Of a DNA stretch of 17,487 bases, positions 1 through 8,856 are shown one piece after another (within the stretch, counting starts at the first letter, position 1; every line of letters begins with the position of its first letter). The position numbers were made by a program, and so were the translations under genes. Source of the DNA: Octopus sinensis. Its lineage: Eukaryota. Location: assembly GCF_006345805.1 (NCBI RefSeq), contig NW_021824812.1, forward strand, positions 1 through 17,487. Reading direction: 5' to 3'. The notes beneath the pieces are model-generated. The model was given only the letters and a program-made list of their open reading frames with translations, had not been told where the DNA came from and ran no database searches.

Positions 1-257
1 CTGTTTTGAGAAAGAATATGATTAATCAGAAATTCTCTGACAAAGCTATGGTTTGCACTTAGAAGTGCTCAAGAGGAACTTGAGACAAAAGATAAAATTA
101 TATATAATATGAAGAAACATAAGACCAGGTAATTTAATCCAGAAACATGACACGGATTTCAGATTAATTTAAAGAACAAGTATATGCATGATACATTAGA
201 AATAAATGAATACATAGACGTTTTTTTTTTAAATCTATAAATAAATTAATGTATTAA

Positions 258-288
<31 letters not shown>

Positions 289-375
289 ATTATTCGAGAC
301 AAAACCACTATATTTGCAAAACAACAAGGAAAGACTTAAGTAATACATAAAATTTTAATAAAGTCAAAAAAACCG

Positions 376-417
376 CCACTACAATCGTTCTTGTCTTGAT
401 CGACAATCTTCAGGTGG
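376..417 (-). ncRNA. Mirror copy of hammerhead-like motif (degenerate, one A of GAAA missing)
   Basis: Minus strand reads CCAC CUGAAGA UUGUC GAUCAA GACAA GAA C GAUU GUA GUGG. Confidence 0.45.
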
Positions 418-471
418 ACTTCCAATAATTCAGTGTCAAATTACTCATATTTGACACTGAATTATTGGAGT

Positions 472-516
472 CCACCTGAAGATTGTCGATCAAGACAAGA
501 AAAGATTGTTTAGTGG
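472..516 (+). ncRNA. Minimal type I hammerhead ribozyme-like motif
   Basis: CCAC CUGAAGA UUGUC-GAUCAA-GACAA GAAA AG-AUUG-UU UA GUGG: stem I CCAC/GUGG, intact CUGANGA and GAAA boxes, 5-bp stem II (closing pair U-A instead of the usual G-C), weak stem III, UUA triplet. Confidence 0.65.
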
Positions 517-680
517 CGGTTTTTTTGACTATTTATTAAAATTTTATGTATTAATGAAGTCTTTCCTTGTTTGTTTTGCAAAATAGTGGTTTTGTCTCGA
601 ATATATTTTATAATATTTTAATATAAAATCGATTTAATCCTAATTTTTTCCCTGTAAATTTGGATTTATTCCCTAATATT

Positions 681-717
<37 letters not shown>

Positions 718-748
718 CATAGACATACGCACACACACACACACACTT

Positions 749-896
749 GATGGGTTCTTTCAGTTTCCACGTACTAAATCCACTCACAAGGCTTTGGTCA
801 GCAGAAGACACTTGCCCAAGATGCCACGCAGTGGGACTGAACCCGGAACCATGTGGTTGGTTAGCAAGCTACTTACCACACAGCCACTCCTGCGCC
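749..896 (-). mobile_element. SINE family A, 5' half
   Basis: Reverse complement of the head ggcgcaggagtggctgtgtggtaagtagcttgc...ggttccgggttcagtcccactgcgtggc seen at 15050. Confidence 0.9.
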
Positions 897-948
897 TATA
901 TATATTATATTTATATATGAATATATATTCATACACACATTAGGTGCA

Positions 949-1017
949 GGTGCAGGTATGGTTGTGTGGAAAGAAGTTTGCTTCCCAACCAGATGGTTCT
1001 GGGTTCAGTCCCACTGC
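949..1017 (+). mobile_element. SINE family A, tRNA-head fragment
   Basis: ggtgcaggtatggttgtgtgg...ctgggttcagtcccactgc matches the family A head. Confidence 0.8.
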
Positions 1018-1535
1018 TTACCTCTTCCTGTCTCTTGTCTGGATAGTTGACATTCTCAATTGCTTTGTCTTCTTAAGATTATTTTGATCATCCATAACAT
1101 CTGCAATTCTGACTGTAATCCTATCTTCTGCTCTTCTCTCTCTGCTTTTTCTCTCCCCCCCCTTTTCCTTTCATCTTACGTTGGAGACATTCTTTCCTCT
1201 TCCTCTTATCCTGGCTCTTAAGATTTCATTTCAAAAATCATTTATTGATATACATTTTCAAGCCGAATCCAAGTTTGTAATTCATTTATTTCAGAAAGAT
1301 TTTATAAAAATCTTACAGCGATTTAACGTTTGATCAATTTTACCCAATCTGAAAATAGGATTTGTGCATAATAGTTGTGATAAAATTAAAATAAACATTA
1401 GAAGACAAAGTTTTTAACAAAATGAAAGCAATGCGTGAGAGATAATACATATAAGTAGAGAGAGGGTGATAAAAAGTTGGGTAAATATATTGAGAGGGAG
1501 AGATTTATGAAGACTGATATAGAATTATATATAGT

Positions 1536-1838
1536 GGAGGCGCAATAGCCTAGTGGTTAGGGCAGCGGACTCGCGGTCGTAGGATCGCGGTTTGATTCCC
1601 AGACCAGGCGTTGTGATTTTTATTGAGCGAAAACACCTAAAAGCTCCACGAGGCTCCGGCAGGGGGTGGTGATCCCTGCTGTACTCTTTCACCACTCTTT
1701 CTCTCACTCTTTCTTCTGTTGGCCTGCTCACTTAGCCAGCGGGGTGGCGTCATTTGAAGGCTAAAACAATGCGAAGCGCATTGTGACCAGCGATGTGTAA
1801 CAACATCTGATGGCCTGGTCGGTCACGGTGATCACGGT
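1536..1838 (+). mobile_element. SINE family B, full length, tRNA-derived
   Basis: A-box-like tagcctagtgg and B-box-like ggtttgattccc; ends in a cacggtgatcacggt repeat; flanked by 11-bp repeat atatagaatta (1517-1527, 1840-1850); second full copy at 10742-11052. Confidence 0.9.
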
Positions 1839-1850
1839 AATATAGAATTA

Positions 1851-2055
1851 AGGCGGCGAAATGCTTAGCGGTATTTCGTCTGTCATTACGTTCTGAGTTC
1901 AAATTCTGCCAAGGTTGACTTTGCCTTTCATCCTTTCAGGGTCGATTAAATAAGTACCAGTTACACACTGGGGTCGATGTAATCAACATAATCCATGTGT
2001 CTGTCCTTGTTTGTCCCCTCTGTGTTTAACCCCTTGTGGGTAGTAAAGAAATAGG
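1851..2055 (+). mobile_element. SINE family C (B-box gagttcaaatt, central gttgactttgcctttcatcctttc.gggtcga..aaataagtaccag)
   Basis: Same central segment recurs in reverse at 15505-15658 and 17347-17487. It resembles conserved central domains of metazoan SINE superfamilies (exact superfamily not assigned). Confidence 0.85.
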
Positions 2056-2312
2056 TATAGAATAGGAGAGTTGTGAATCTAAAAGTTGAGTTATTTCTCA
2101 TAACAAATTACATTCTGTTGATTTCTTTGGGTGGTGGGACTTCATATCACCAGTCTTCCACATGCTTTTTTTCCTACTTATCGGCCCATTTGGTGTTTAA
2201 GGGGCTCTGACACTGCTACCCTCGCTGTACTTCATGCCAGGGCATTGGTTCACTTGCTATGATGGATAGAAGACTATCAAGTTTCATTTTGAAGACATTC
2301 ACATCCACATTG

Positions 2313-2736
2313 CTCTTTACTCTTTTACTCTTTTACTTGTTTCAGTCATTTGACTATGGCCATGCTGGAGCACCACCTTTTTAGTCGAGCAAATCGACCC
2401 CGGCACTTATTCTTTATAAGCCTAGTACTTATTCTATTGGTCTCTTTTTGCCGAACCACTAAGTTACAGGGATCTGAACACACCAACATCGGTTGTCAAG
2501 CAATGTTGGGGGAGACAAACACAGACACACAAACACACACACTCACACACACATATATATATATACATATATACGATGGGCTTCTTTCAGTTTCCGTCTA
2601 CAAAATCCCCTCACAAGGCTTTGGTCTGCCTGAGGCTATTGTAGAAAACACTTGCCCAAGGTGCCATGCAGTGGGACAGAACCCGGAACCATGTGGTTTG
2701 TAAGCAAGCTACTTACCACACAGCCACTCCTGTGCC
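2313..2736 (-). mobile_element. SINE family A, full length
   Basis: Head, CORE-like gcaccttgggcaagtg, internal (TA/TG)n, and 3' tail ...ccagcatggcc...gtcaaatgactgaaacaagtaaaagag. Confidence 0.95.
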
Positions 2737-3219
2737 ACGTTATGTAGGTTTCTTAATTCTTTTGACAAAGCATTGAAAAGAAAAGCTGTGGGCCTTTCGA
2801 TTCCAAGCCGTTGCAATACCTGGTACTCACTTTAGTTCTCACTTTTATTATACTATGGAAGACTGAAGGGAATAAATGACTTAGTTACATATGTAGGTAT
2901 TGGTTATTGATTTACTTATTAATTTTTTACAGATACTGTGGTATATAGTTTAAATGGGTTTGGAAGTTGTGGTTTCTTTTGTATGTTTGTTCCCCAACAG
3001 CACTTCTTTTAGTGCTGTTAACACTGCTGGATTGAATAGTCCTGACCAAGTGTCGAAACCATAATGATATCCGTGAGGCAGCTGATGATGGAGGTATATT
3101 GGATTGTTGGTATGGCTGTTTTTGTATATGTGGAATAATGTTATAACACATCCTTTGGACAGAGCAGATGATAACTTTAGTACTACACAATGGCAACCAG
3201 TAAAGACATTTTCATCTTT

Positions 3220-3430
3220 CTTCTATTTGTTTTAGTCATTAAACTGTGGCCATGCTGGGGCACTGCCTTGGAGAACTTTTAGTCAAATGAAACAGCTCCA
3301 GGACTTTTTTTTAAAGCCTTACTCTATCAATCTCTTTTGGTGTGCCATTAAGTAATGGGAACATAAACATGTCAACACCAGTTGTCGAGCAGTATGTGGG
3401 GACACAAGCACAGACACAAAGACACACATA
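3220..3430 (-). mobile_element. SINE family A, diverged 3' half
   Basis: tttgttttagtcattaaactgtggccatgctggggcactgcc...gacacaagcacagacaca. Confidence 0.8.
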
Positions 3431-3535
3431 TACTCTTTTACTTGTTTCAGTCACTTGACTGCGACCATGCTGGAACACCGCCTTTTGTCGAACAAATCGA
3501 CCCCAGGATTTATTCTTTGTAAGCCCACTACTTAT
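3431..3535 (-). mobile_element. SINE family A, 3' tail fragment
   Basis: ctcttttacttgtttcagtcacttgactgcgaccatgctgg...tattctttgtaagccca. Confidence 0.85.
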
Positions 3536-3818
3536 GAGAACATTTTTAATAGTTCCTTTAAGACTTGCTTCCGGGTCACAAACGGAGATGAACCTATCTC
3601 ATTATCACTGGGGACAAAGTCCCCAGACTGAGCGTAGAGATTAATGATTTGAGGAATCGTATCAAACCTATCAGCTGCCTCCAGTTGATGCAATGATGCC
3701 ATTTGGCGGCGCTGGGAGTTGTTGGTAGGTATCTTCGTCATAGTACAGACTGATGCAAGTGGCACTTCAGTGTTAACTAAATAGGGATTACTCTAAAGGA
3801 ATTTCTTTCTCTTTTATA

Positions 3819-4270
3819 GGCACAGGAGTGGCTGTATGTTAAGTAGCTTGCTTACCAACCATATGGTTCCGGGTTCAGTCCCACTGCGTGGCACCTTGGA
3901 CAAGTGTCTTCCATTGTAGCCTTGGGCTGACCAAAGCCTTGTGAGTGGATTAGGTTGACAGAAACTGAAAGAAGCCCGTCGTATATATGTATGTGTGTGT
4001 ATGTATATATATATATATATATGTGTGTGCGTGTGTGTGTGTGTGTGTATATGTTTATGTGTCTGTGTTTGCCTCCCCAACACTGCTTGACAGCTGATGT
4101 TGGTGTGTTTATGTCCCAATAATTTAGCAGTTCGGCAAAAGAGACCAATAGAATAAGTACTAGGCTTACAAAGAATAAGTCCTGGGTGCGATTTGCTCAA
4201 CTAAAGGCGATGCTCCAGCATGGCCACAGTCAAATGACTCAAACAAGTAAAAGAGTAAAGAGTAAGAGTA
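3819..4270 (+). mobile_element. SINE family A, full length
   Basis: Collinear with 13534-13939 and 15050-15460. Confidence 0.95.
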
Positions 4271-4291
4271 ATAAAGGAAGTTAGTTGGTAT

Positions 4292-4459
4292 TTTACAGAA
4301 CTAATGAAAATTTCGAACATGGGATAGCTGTGAAAACAATGTAGAAAGTTGGGTAAACAGACTAGAAAACGTTTTTCTGTCTTTTAAGGGTATTTATCCA
4401 ATTTTCTGACCTGTTTTCAAAGCTATCCTGTGTTTGAAACTTGCTTCATTTTCTGTAAA
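4292..4459. repeat. Diverged inverted repeat (old MITE or fold-back remnant)
   Basis: 4292-4359 vs reverse complement of 4391-4459 share tttacagaa, aatgaa, ggatagct.tgaaaaca, agaaa.ttgg.taaa. Confidence 0.6.
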
Positions 4460-4524
4460 TTACATATATGTATTATATGGCCTGACAAATGAAGTGAGTT
4501 CATGGCCTGCAGGATGGCCGGCTG

Positions 4525-4847
4525 TGCTTACCTTGGATCGTAGGGCAATCTGCTGTGCTTGAGGAGACCTATTGAGTCAAGTACAACCACATCAAAATAA
4601 AATTCAAATGGAAATTGAAGTTGTGATACCCAGTGGTCGATGCCAGCAGCACCTTGACTGGAACATAAAAAGCACCCACTAAACTCTTGGAGTGGTTGGC
4701 GTTAGGAAGGGCATCCAGCTGCAGAAACACTGCCAGATCAGATTGGAGCCTGGTACAGCCTCCTGGCTTTCTAGACCCCAGTTGAACCGTCCAACCCATG
4801 CCAGTATGGAAAACGGACGTTAAATGATGATGATGATGATGATGATG
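4525..4847 (+). mobile_element. 3' end of retroposon with (GAT)n tail (RTE-type LINE/SINE tail, inferred)
   Basis: ggttggcgttaggaagggcatccagctg...ccgtccaacccatgccag...ggacgttaaa(tga)n; related copy at 12017-12180. Confidence 0.75.
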
Positions 4848-5008
4848 TGTATGTGTAGTAAGAAGCTTGCTTCCCAACTATGTGGTTCCAGGTTCAGTCC
4901 CACTGTGTGGCACCTTGAGCAATTGTTTTCTACTATAGCCATGGACTGACTAAAGCCTTGTGAATGGATTTGGTACACACAAAATTAAAGAAGCCTGTCA
5001 CATATATA

Positions 5009-5060
<52 letters not shown>

Positions 5061-5267
5061 ATGTATGTGTATATGTTTGTGTGTGTTTTTGTCTCCCCAT
5101 CACCACTTGACAGCTGATGTTGGTGTGTTTATGTCCACATAACTTAGCAGTTCAGTAAAAGAGACTGATAGAATATGTACAAGGCTTAAAAAATAAGTAC
5201 TGGGGTGGATTCAAGGTGGTGCTCCAGCATGACTGCAGTCAAATGACTGAAACAGATAAAAGATAAA
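4848..5267 (+). mobile_element. SINE family A, near full length, diverged
   Basis: Head (agaagcttgcttcccaac...ggttcagtcccactg), internal (TA)n, tail cagtcaaatgactgaaac. Confidence 0.9.
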
Positions 5268-5310
5268 CATACATATACATACATACATATATACATATAA
5301 ATATATATAT

Positions 5311-5366
5311 GCGGTGCCCCAGCATGGCCACAGCTCAAGAGCTGAAACTGGAAAACAACAAACAAC
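5311..5366 (+). mobile_element. Very short 5'-truncated retroposon 3' tail related to the SINE A tail
   Basis: gcggtgccccagcatggccacagctcaagagctgaaac followed by an A/C-rich tail; sister copy at 8906-8962. Confidence 0.7.
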
Positions 5367-5413
5367 ATATATATATACATACATACATATATATGTATGT
5401 ATGACCATACACA

Positions 5414-5525
5414 GTTTTGGTCAGTAGAAGACATTTGCCCCCAAGGTTAGTACTGTGCAGTGGGACGGAACCCAGAACTATGTGGTTGGGAAGCAAACTC
5501 CTTACCATACAGTCATGCCTGTGCC
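5414..5525 (-). mobile_element. SINE family A, diverged 5' part
   Basis: ttggtcagtagaagacatttgccc...gtgggacggaacccagaactatgtggttggg...gcctgtgcc. Confidence 0.8.
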
Positions 5526-5598
5526 TATCCACACAGCCATACTTGTGCACTGAAGTTAGGTACAAACCCTTCCAGAATTTTCTACCTGTCAATTATTA

Positions 5599-6165
5599 TT
5601 GGGTTGTCCGGAAAGTTTGTGCCGATTTATAGTATCTTACCTTTCGACTTATTTTAGAACATGGTTGAGTCCATAAAATAGGATTTGACTACACCTCCAT
5701 TTAGAACACAGTTTAAGCTATATTTTCATGGAAGAAGGTTTATGTTCCTATAACCTGTGTTAATTCTGTAATCCTTTAAAATGGAAGATAAGAAAGTTCA
5801 TTTTCGGCACTTGAGGCTTTTGGGAACCAGACAAAAATTGCTACAGCTCAGCTGGGATGTGTTACCCCACCCTCCATATTCACCAGATATTGCTCCTTCG
5901 GATTTCCACTTATTCAGGTCTCTGCAGAATAGTCTTAATGGTAAAAATTTCAATTCCTTGGATGACGTAAAAAGATACCTTGATGAATTCTTTGCCATGA
6001 AACCACCTCAAATCTGGGAAGAGGGTATTTTCAAGTTAAAGGAAAGATGGAGATGCATTGTGCAACAAAATGGTTTATATTTAGTTGATTAAAAATGTAA
6101 TGGCAAGTATTTATTGACCTTTTTCTTTCCTTTAAAAATCGGCATGAACTTTCCGGACAACCCAG
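5599..6165 (+). mobile_element. Internally deleted mariner (Tc1/mariner) transposon, mellifera-subfamily-like
   Basis: 30-bp TIRs ttgggttgtccggaaagtttgtgccgattt (5599-5628) and aaatcggcatgaactttccggacaacccag (6136-6165), 27/30 complementary; TA on both sides (5597-5598, 6166-6167); transposase remnant inside. Confidence 0.95.
5781..6092 (+). pseudogene. Mariner transposase remnant: N-terminal ~11 aa fused in frame to C-terminal ~90 aa
   Basis: MEDKKVHFRHL (mariner N-terminus) joined to TRQKLLQLSWDVLPHPPYSPDIAPSDFHLFRSLQNSL...ERWRCIVQQNGLYL. The YSPDLAPSD-type motif is present; the HTH and the first two catalytic Asp regions are absent. Confidence 0.9.
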
Positions 6166-6797
6166 TAAAATTCAAAAGTGTCTTCCCTCCAGAGAAATTG
6201 TTACCAGCAACCATCCAGCTTCTTCCATTCCAAAAAATTAATATTTTTAGACAGCAATGCTCCACATTCCATAAAAGGAGAAAACAAGAGCTTACAGTCT
6301 AGAAAATTAGTGAAATTTGCTATTTCTGGTTTTAATGTGGCAAACTTGATCGAGTGTCTACTGATGGGAATTTCCAAAATTATGTCTGATGGCACTAATT
6401 TATTAATAACGACATTAATATTGATAAAAGAAACATTATATGGAACATTGCCATTACATACAACAAAATGCACAACAAGGGAAAATATTCTAGGCTCTAT
6501 ATCTATATTTAGATAATGTATATATCTCATCTTTCCCCTGTCTACTGTATTCTTATTGTTATTCTACTGTTCTTTATCCCCTACCCGTTTTCCGCACTGT
6601 CAGTCATCACCTACTCTCCCCTGCTTCTCTTTGAATTCATTTGTATCTGAAGCCATCCTCACACCTTTTCCATCCTTCAACTTACCAGATTTCTGCAGTT
6701 GTCACCTACACTCCCCTCTTCCCTTCTTATTTCCACAAACATTGTTCATCATTCATTAGATGCCACCACCACCCCTTCATCCATTCCCATCTCTCGT

Positions 6798-7030
6798 CTT
6801 TTATTATTTACTTGTTTCAGTCATTAGACTGCGACCATGCTGGGGCACCACCTTGAAGATTGTTTAGTCATAAAAAAAAACTGCCCCTCCCCTAACCACC
6901 AGTACATTTTTGTTTTAAATCTGGTACTTCGTTTATCAGTCCCTTACCAAACGGCTAAGTTACAAGAACGTAACCAAACCAACACTGGTTGTCAAGCAGT
7001 GGTGGAGGACAAACACAGACACATACACAC
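6798..7030 (-). mobile_element. SINE family A, diverged 3' half
   Basis: tacttgtttcagtcattagactgcgaccatgctggggcacc...ggttgtcaagc...gacaaacacagac. Confidence 0.85.
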
Positions 7031-7046
7031 TCGCATATATATGGTC

Positions 7047-7270
7047 TTTTATTCTTTTACTTATTTGTCATTTGACTCTGGCCATGCTGGAGTACCACCT
7101 GAAAGGGTTTTTTTAGTCAAAGAAATCAACCCCAAGACTTATTCTTTGTAAGCTGAGTACTTATTCTATCGGTCTCTTTGCCGAACTGCTAAGTTACAGG
7201 GACACAAAAGCACCAGCATTGGTTGTCAAGCGAGGACAGTGGAGACAAACACAAACACACATATACCAAA
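7047..7270 (-). mobile_element. SINE family A, 3' half
   Basis: cttttacttatttgtcatttgactctggccatgctggag...ttattctatcggtctctttgccgaactgctaag...gacaaacac. Confidence 0.9.
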
Positions 7271-7508
7271 TATATACATACATATATATATACATACAAA
7301 GGGGTTTGTATGATTGTGTATAGAGGGATATATATTATTCAAAGGAATTCCAATTCTGTCTGTTTTTTATGTTTTATTTATATTCTTATGATATTGATAT
7401 TGGATATTGGATATAGAATATATAGTAAGAAAGAAATGAAATGAAGTATTGATTGTCTTATTGAACAAATGAAATATTGAAAATTAAATATTAAATGTCT
7501 ATTCTCAT

Positions 7509-7551
7509 TGAACTAGTATACTTCCTTGCATGTAAGCATTCATCAGGTTCA
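7509..7551 (-). ncRNA. Minimal type I hammerhead ribozyme-like motif (two apparent point defects)
   Basis: Minus strand UGAAC CUGAUGA AUGC-UUACAU-GCAA GGAA G-UAUA-C UA GUUCA: perfect 5-bp stem I, perfect CUGAUGA, stem II UGC/GCA with basal A.A mismatch, GGAA for GAAA, palindromic stem III AGUAUACU. Confidence 0.6.
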
Positions 7552-7582
7552 GATTGTGACAGGAATGCTTCGACTGTGTTTT

Positions 7583-7625
7583 ATATATATATATATAAAC
7601 ATATATATATGTATATATATGTTTA

Positions 7626-7717
<92 letters not shown>

Positions 7718-7720
7718 TAT

Positions 7721-7794
<74 letters not shown>

Positions 7795-7900
7795 TATATA
7801 TATATGTATATATATGTATGTATATATATATATATGTATATATGTATATATATAAACATATATATACATATATATACACATATATATATATATATATATA

Positions 7901-7939
<39 letters not shown>

Positions 7940-7963
7940 CATATATAAACATATATATACATG

Positions 7964-7994
<31 letters not shown>

Positions 7995-8002
7995 CACATA
8001 TA
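7583..8002. repeat. Long interrupted (TA)n microsatellite
   Basis: Direct reading; source of the poly-IY ORFs. Confidence 0.98.
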
Positions 8003-8167
8003 CACGATGGGCTTCTTTCAGTTTCTGTCTACCAAATCCACTTGCAAGGCTTTGGTTGGAATGATGCTATAGTAGAAGACACTTGCTCAAGGTGCCACTC
8101 AGTGGGACTGAACCCAGAACCATGTGGTTAGTAAGCAAGCTTCTTACCATATAGCCAAGCCTGCACC
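8003..8167 (-). mobile_element. SINE family A, 5' half
   Basis: cgatgggcttctttcagtttc...gtgggactgaacccagaaccatgtgg...cctgcacc. Confidence 0.9.
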
Positions 8168-8182
8168 TATATACATACAAAA

Positions 8183-8430
8183 AAGAATAAAGGCCCTTCC
8201 TGGGTCATATAGACTCATAGGGCCGGTTTCCTGGTTTTTCTGGTTCCTCTGTATCCCTCTCCAGAAGGGACACTGGCCCATCACAGGATTACTTCTTTTC
8301 CCCAGCTGATTGGACTGGAGCAACATGAAGTGTTTCGCTCAAGAACAAAATGCTTCGCTTGGGCGAGTATTTGAAACCACAATCTTATGAACACAAGTCC
8401 AACACCCTAACCACTGAGCCATACACCTCC
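8183..8430 (-). mobile_element. SINE family D, tRNA-derived
   Basis: Minus strand ggaggtgtatggctcagtggttagggtgttggac...ggtttcaaatac (A/B boxes), then ttgctccagtccaatcagctgg...cctgtgatgggccagtgtccc (V-domain-like, from memory); partial copy at 11849-11940. Confidence 0.8.
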
Positions 8431-8715
8431 CTACATGTCCATAGATTTAAACAAAGTGTGTGTGTGTATGTGTATGCATGTGCCATTTCTTTTAGAGCTT
8501 TATAATTCATAATATATTTGTATTGTTTTTATAAAAAGCTTTCAGCCTCATTATATAATAAAAATAAATTATTTATACATCCATAATTCTCCATTTTTTT
8601 CTTTCATCATCATCAACAATATATATTACTATTTCTCGTTATATGATAGTGATTAATCAGTGAAATTTTTGGATTATTTAATCCCTAATGAGGACCTGAC
8701 ATCCTCAAATTGACT

Positions 8716-8838
8716 ATCACCGTGATCACCGTGACCGACCAGGCTATCAGATGTTGTTACACATCGCTGGTCACAATGTGCTTCGCATTGTTTTAGCCTT
8801 CAAATGATGCCACCCCGCTGGCTAAGCGAGCAGGCCAA
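8716..8838 (-). mobile_element. SINE family B, 3' fragment
   Basis: Reverse complement of ~1719-1838. Confidence 0.9.
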
Positions 8839-8856
8839 TATATATATATATATATA

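Larger units (their letters stand above)
291..684 (+). mobile_element. Fold-back element 1 (probable Penelope-like terminal-repeat remnant): ~150-bp inverted arms plus unpaired 3' tail, flanked by (TA)n
   Basis: Arm 291-441 is the near-perfect reverse complement of 449-603 (7-nt loop tactcat). Both arms carry a hammerhead-like core. Tail 642-674 is shared with the element at 8857-9265. (TA)n lies at ~258-282 and ~684-713. The PLE assignment is inferred from architecture. Confidence 0.7.

Noticed and set aside
1536-1610. tRNA gene-like sequence
   Set aside because: It continues directly into a SINE body that is repeated elsewhere, and the cloverleaf is imperfect; it is a SINE head.
3082-3105. 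CUGAUGA with an upstream GAAAC (possible type II hammerhead)
   Set aside because: The required stems do not pair.
6178-6530. Overlapping 112-aa (+) and 109-aa (-) ORFs next to the mariner
   Set aside because: They lie outside the TIR with no recognisable motif; a decayed retroelement origin is possible but cannot be supported without a search.
8684-8715. ctaatgaggacctgacatcctcaaa, hammerhead-like hairpin
   Set aside because: Both core boxes deviate and the 3' side is cut by a SINE; insufficient evidence.
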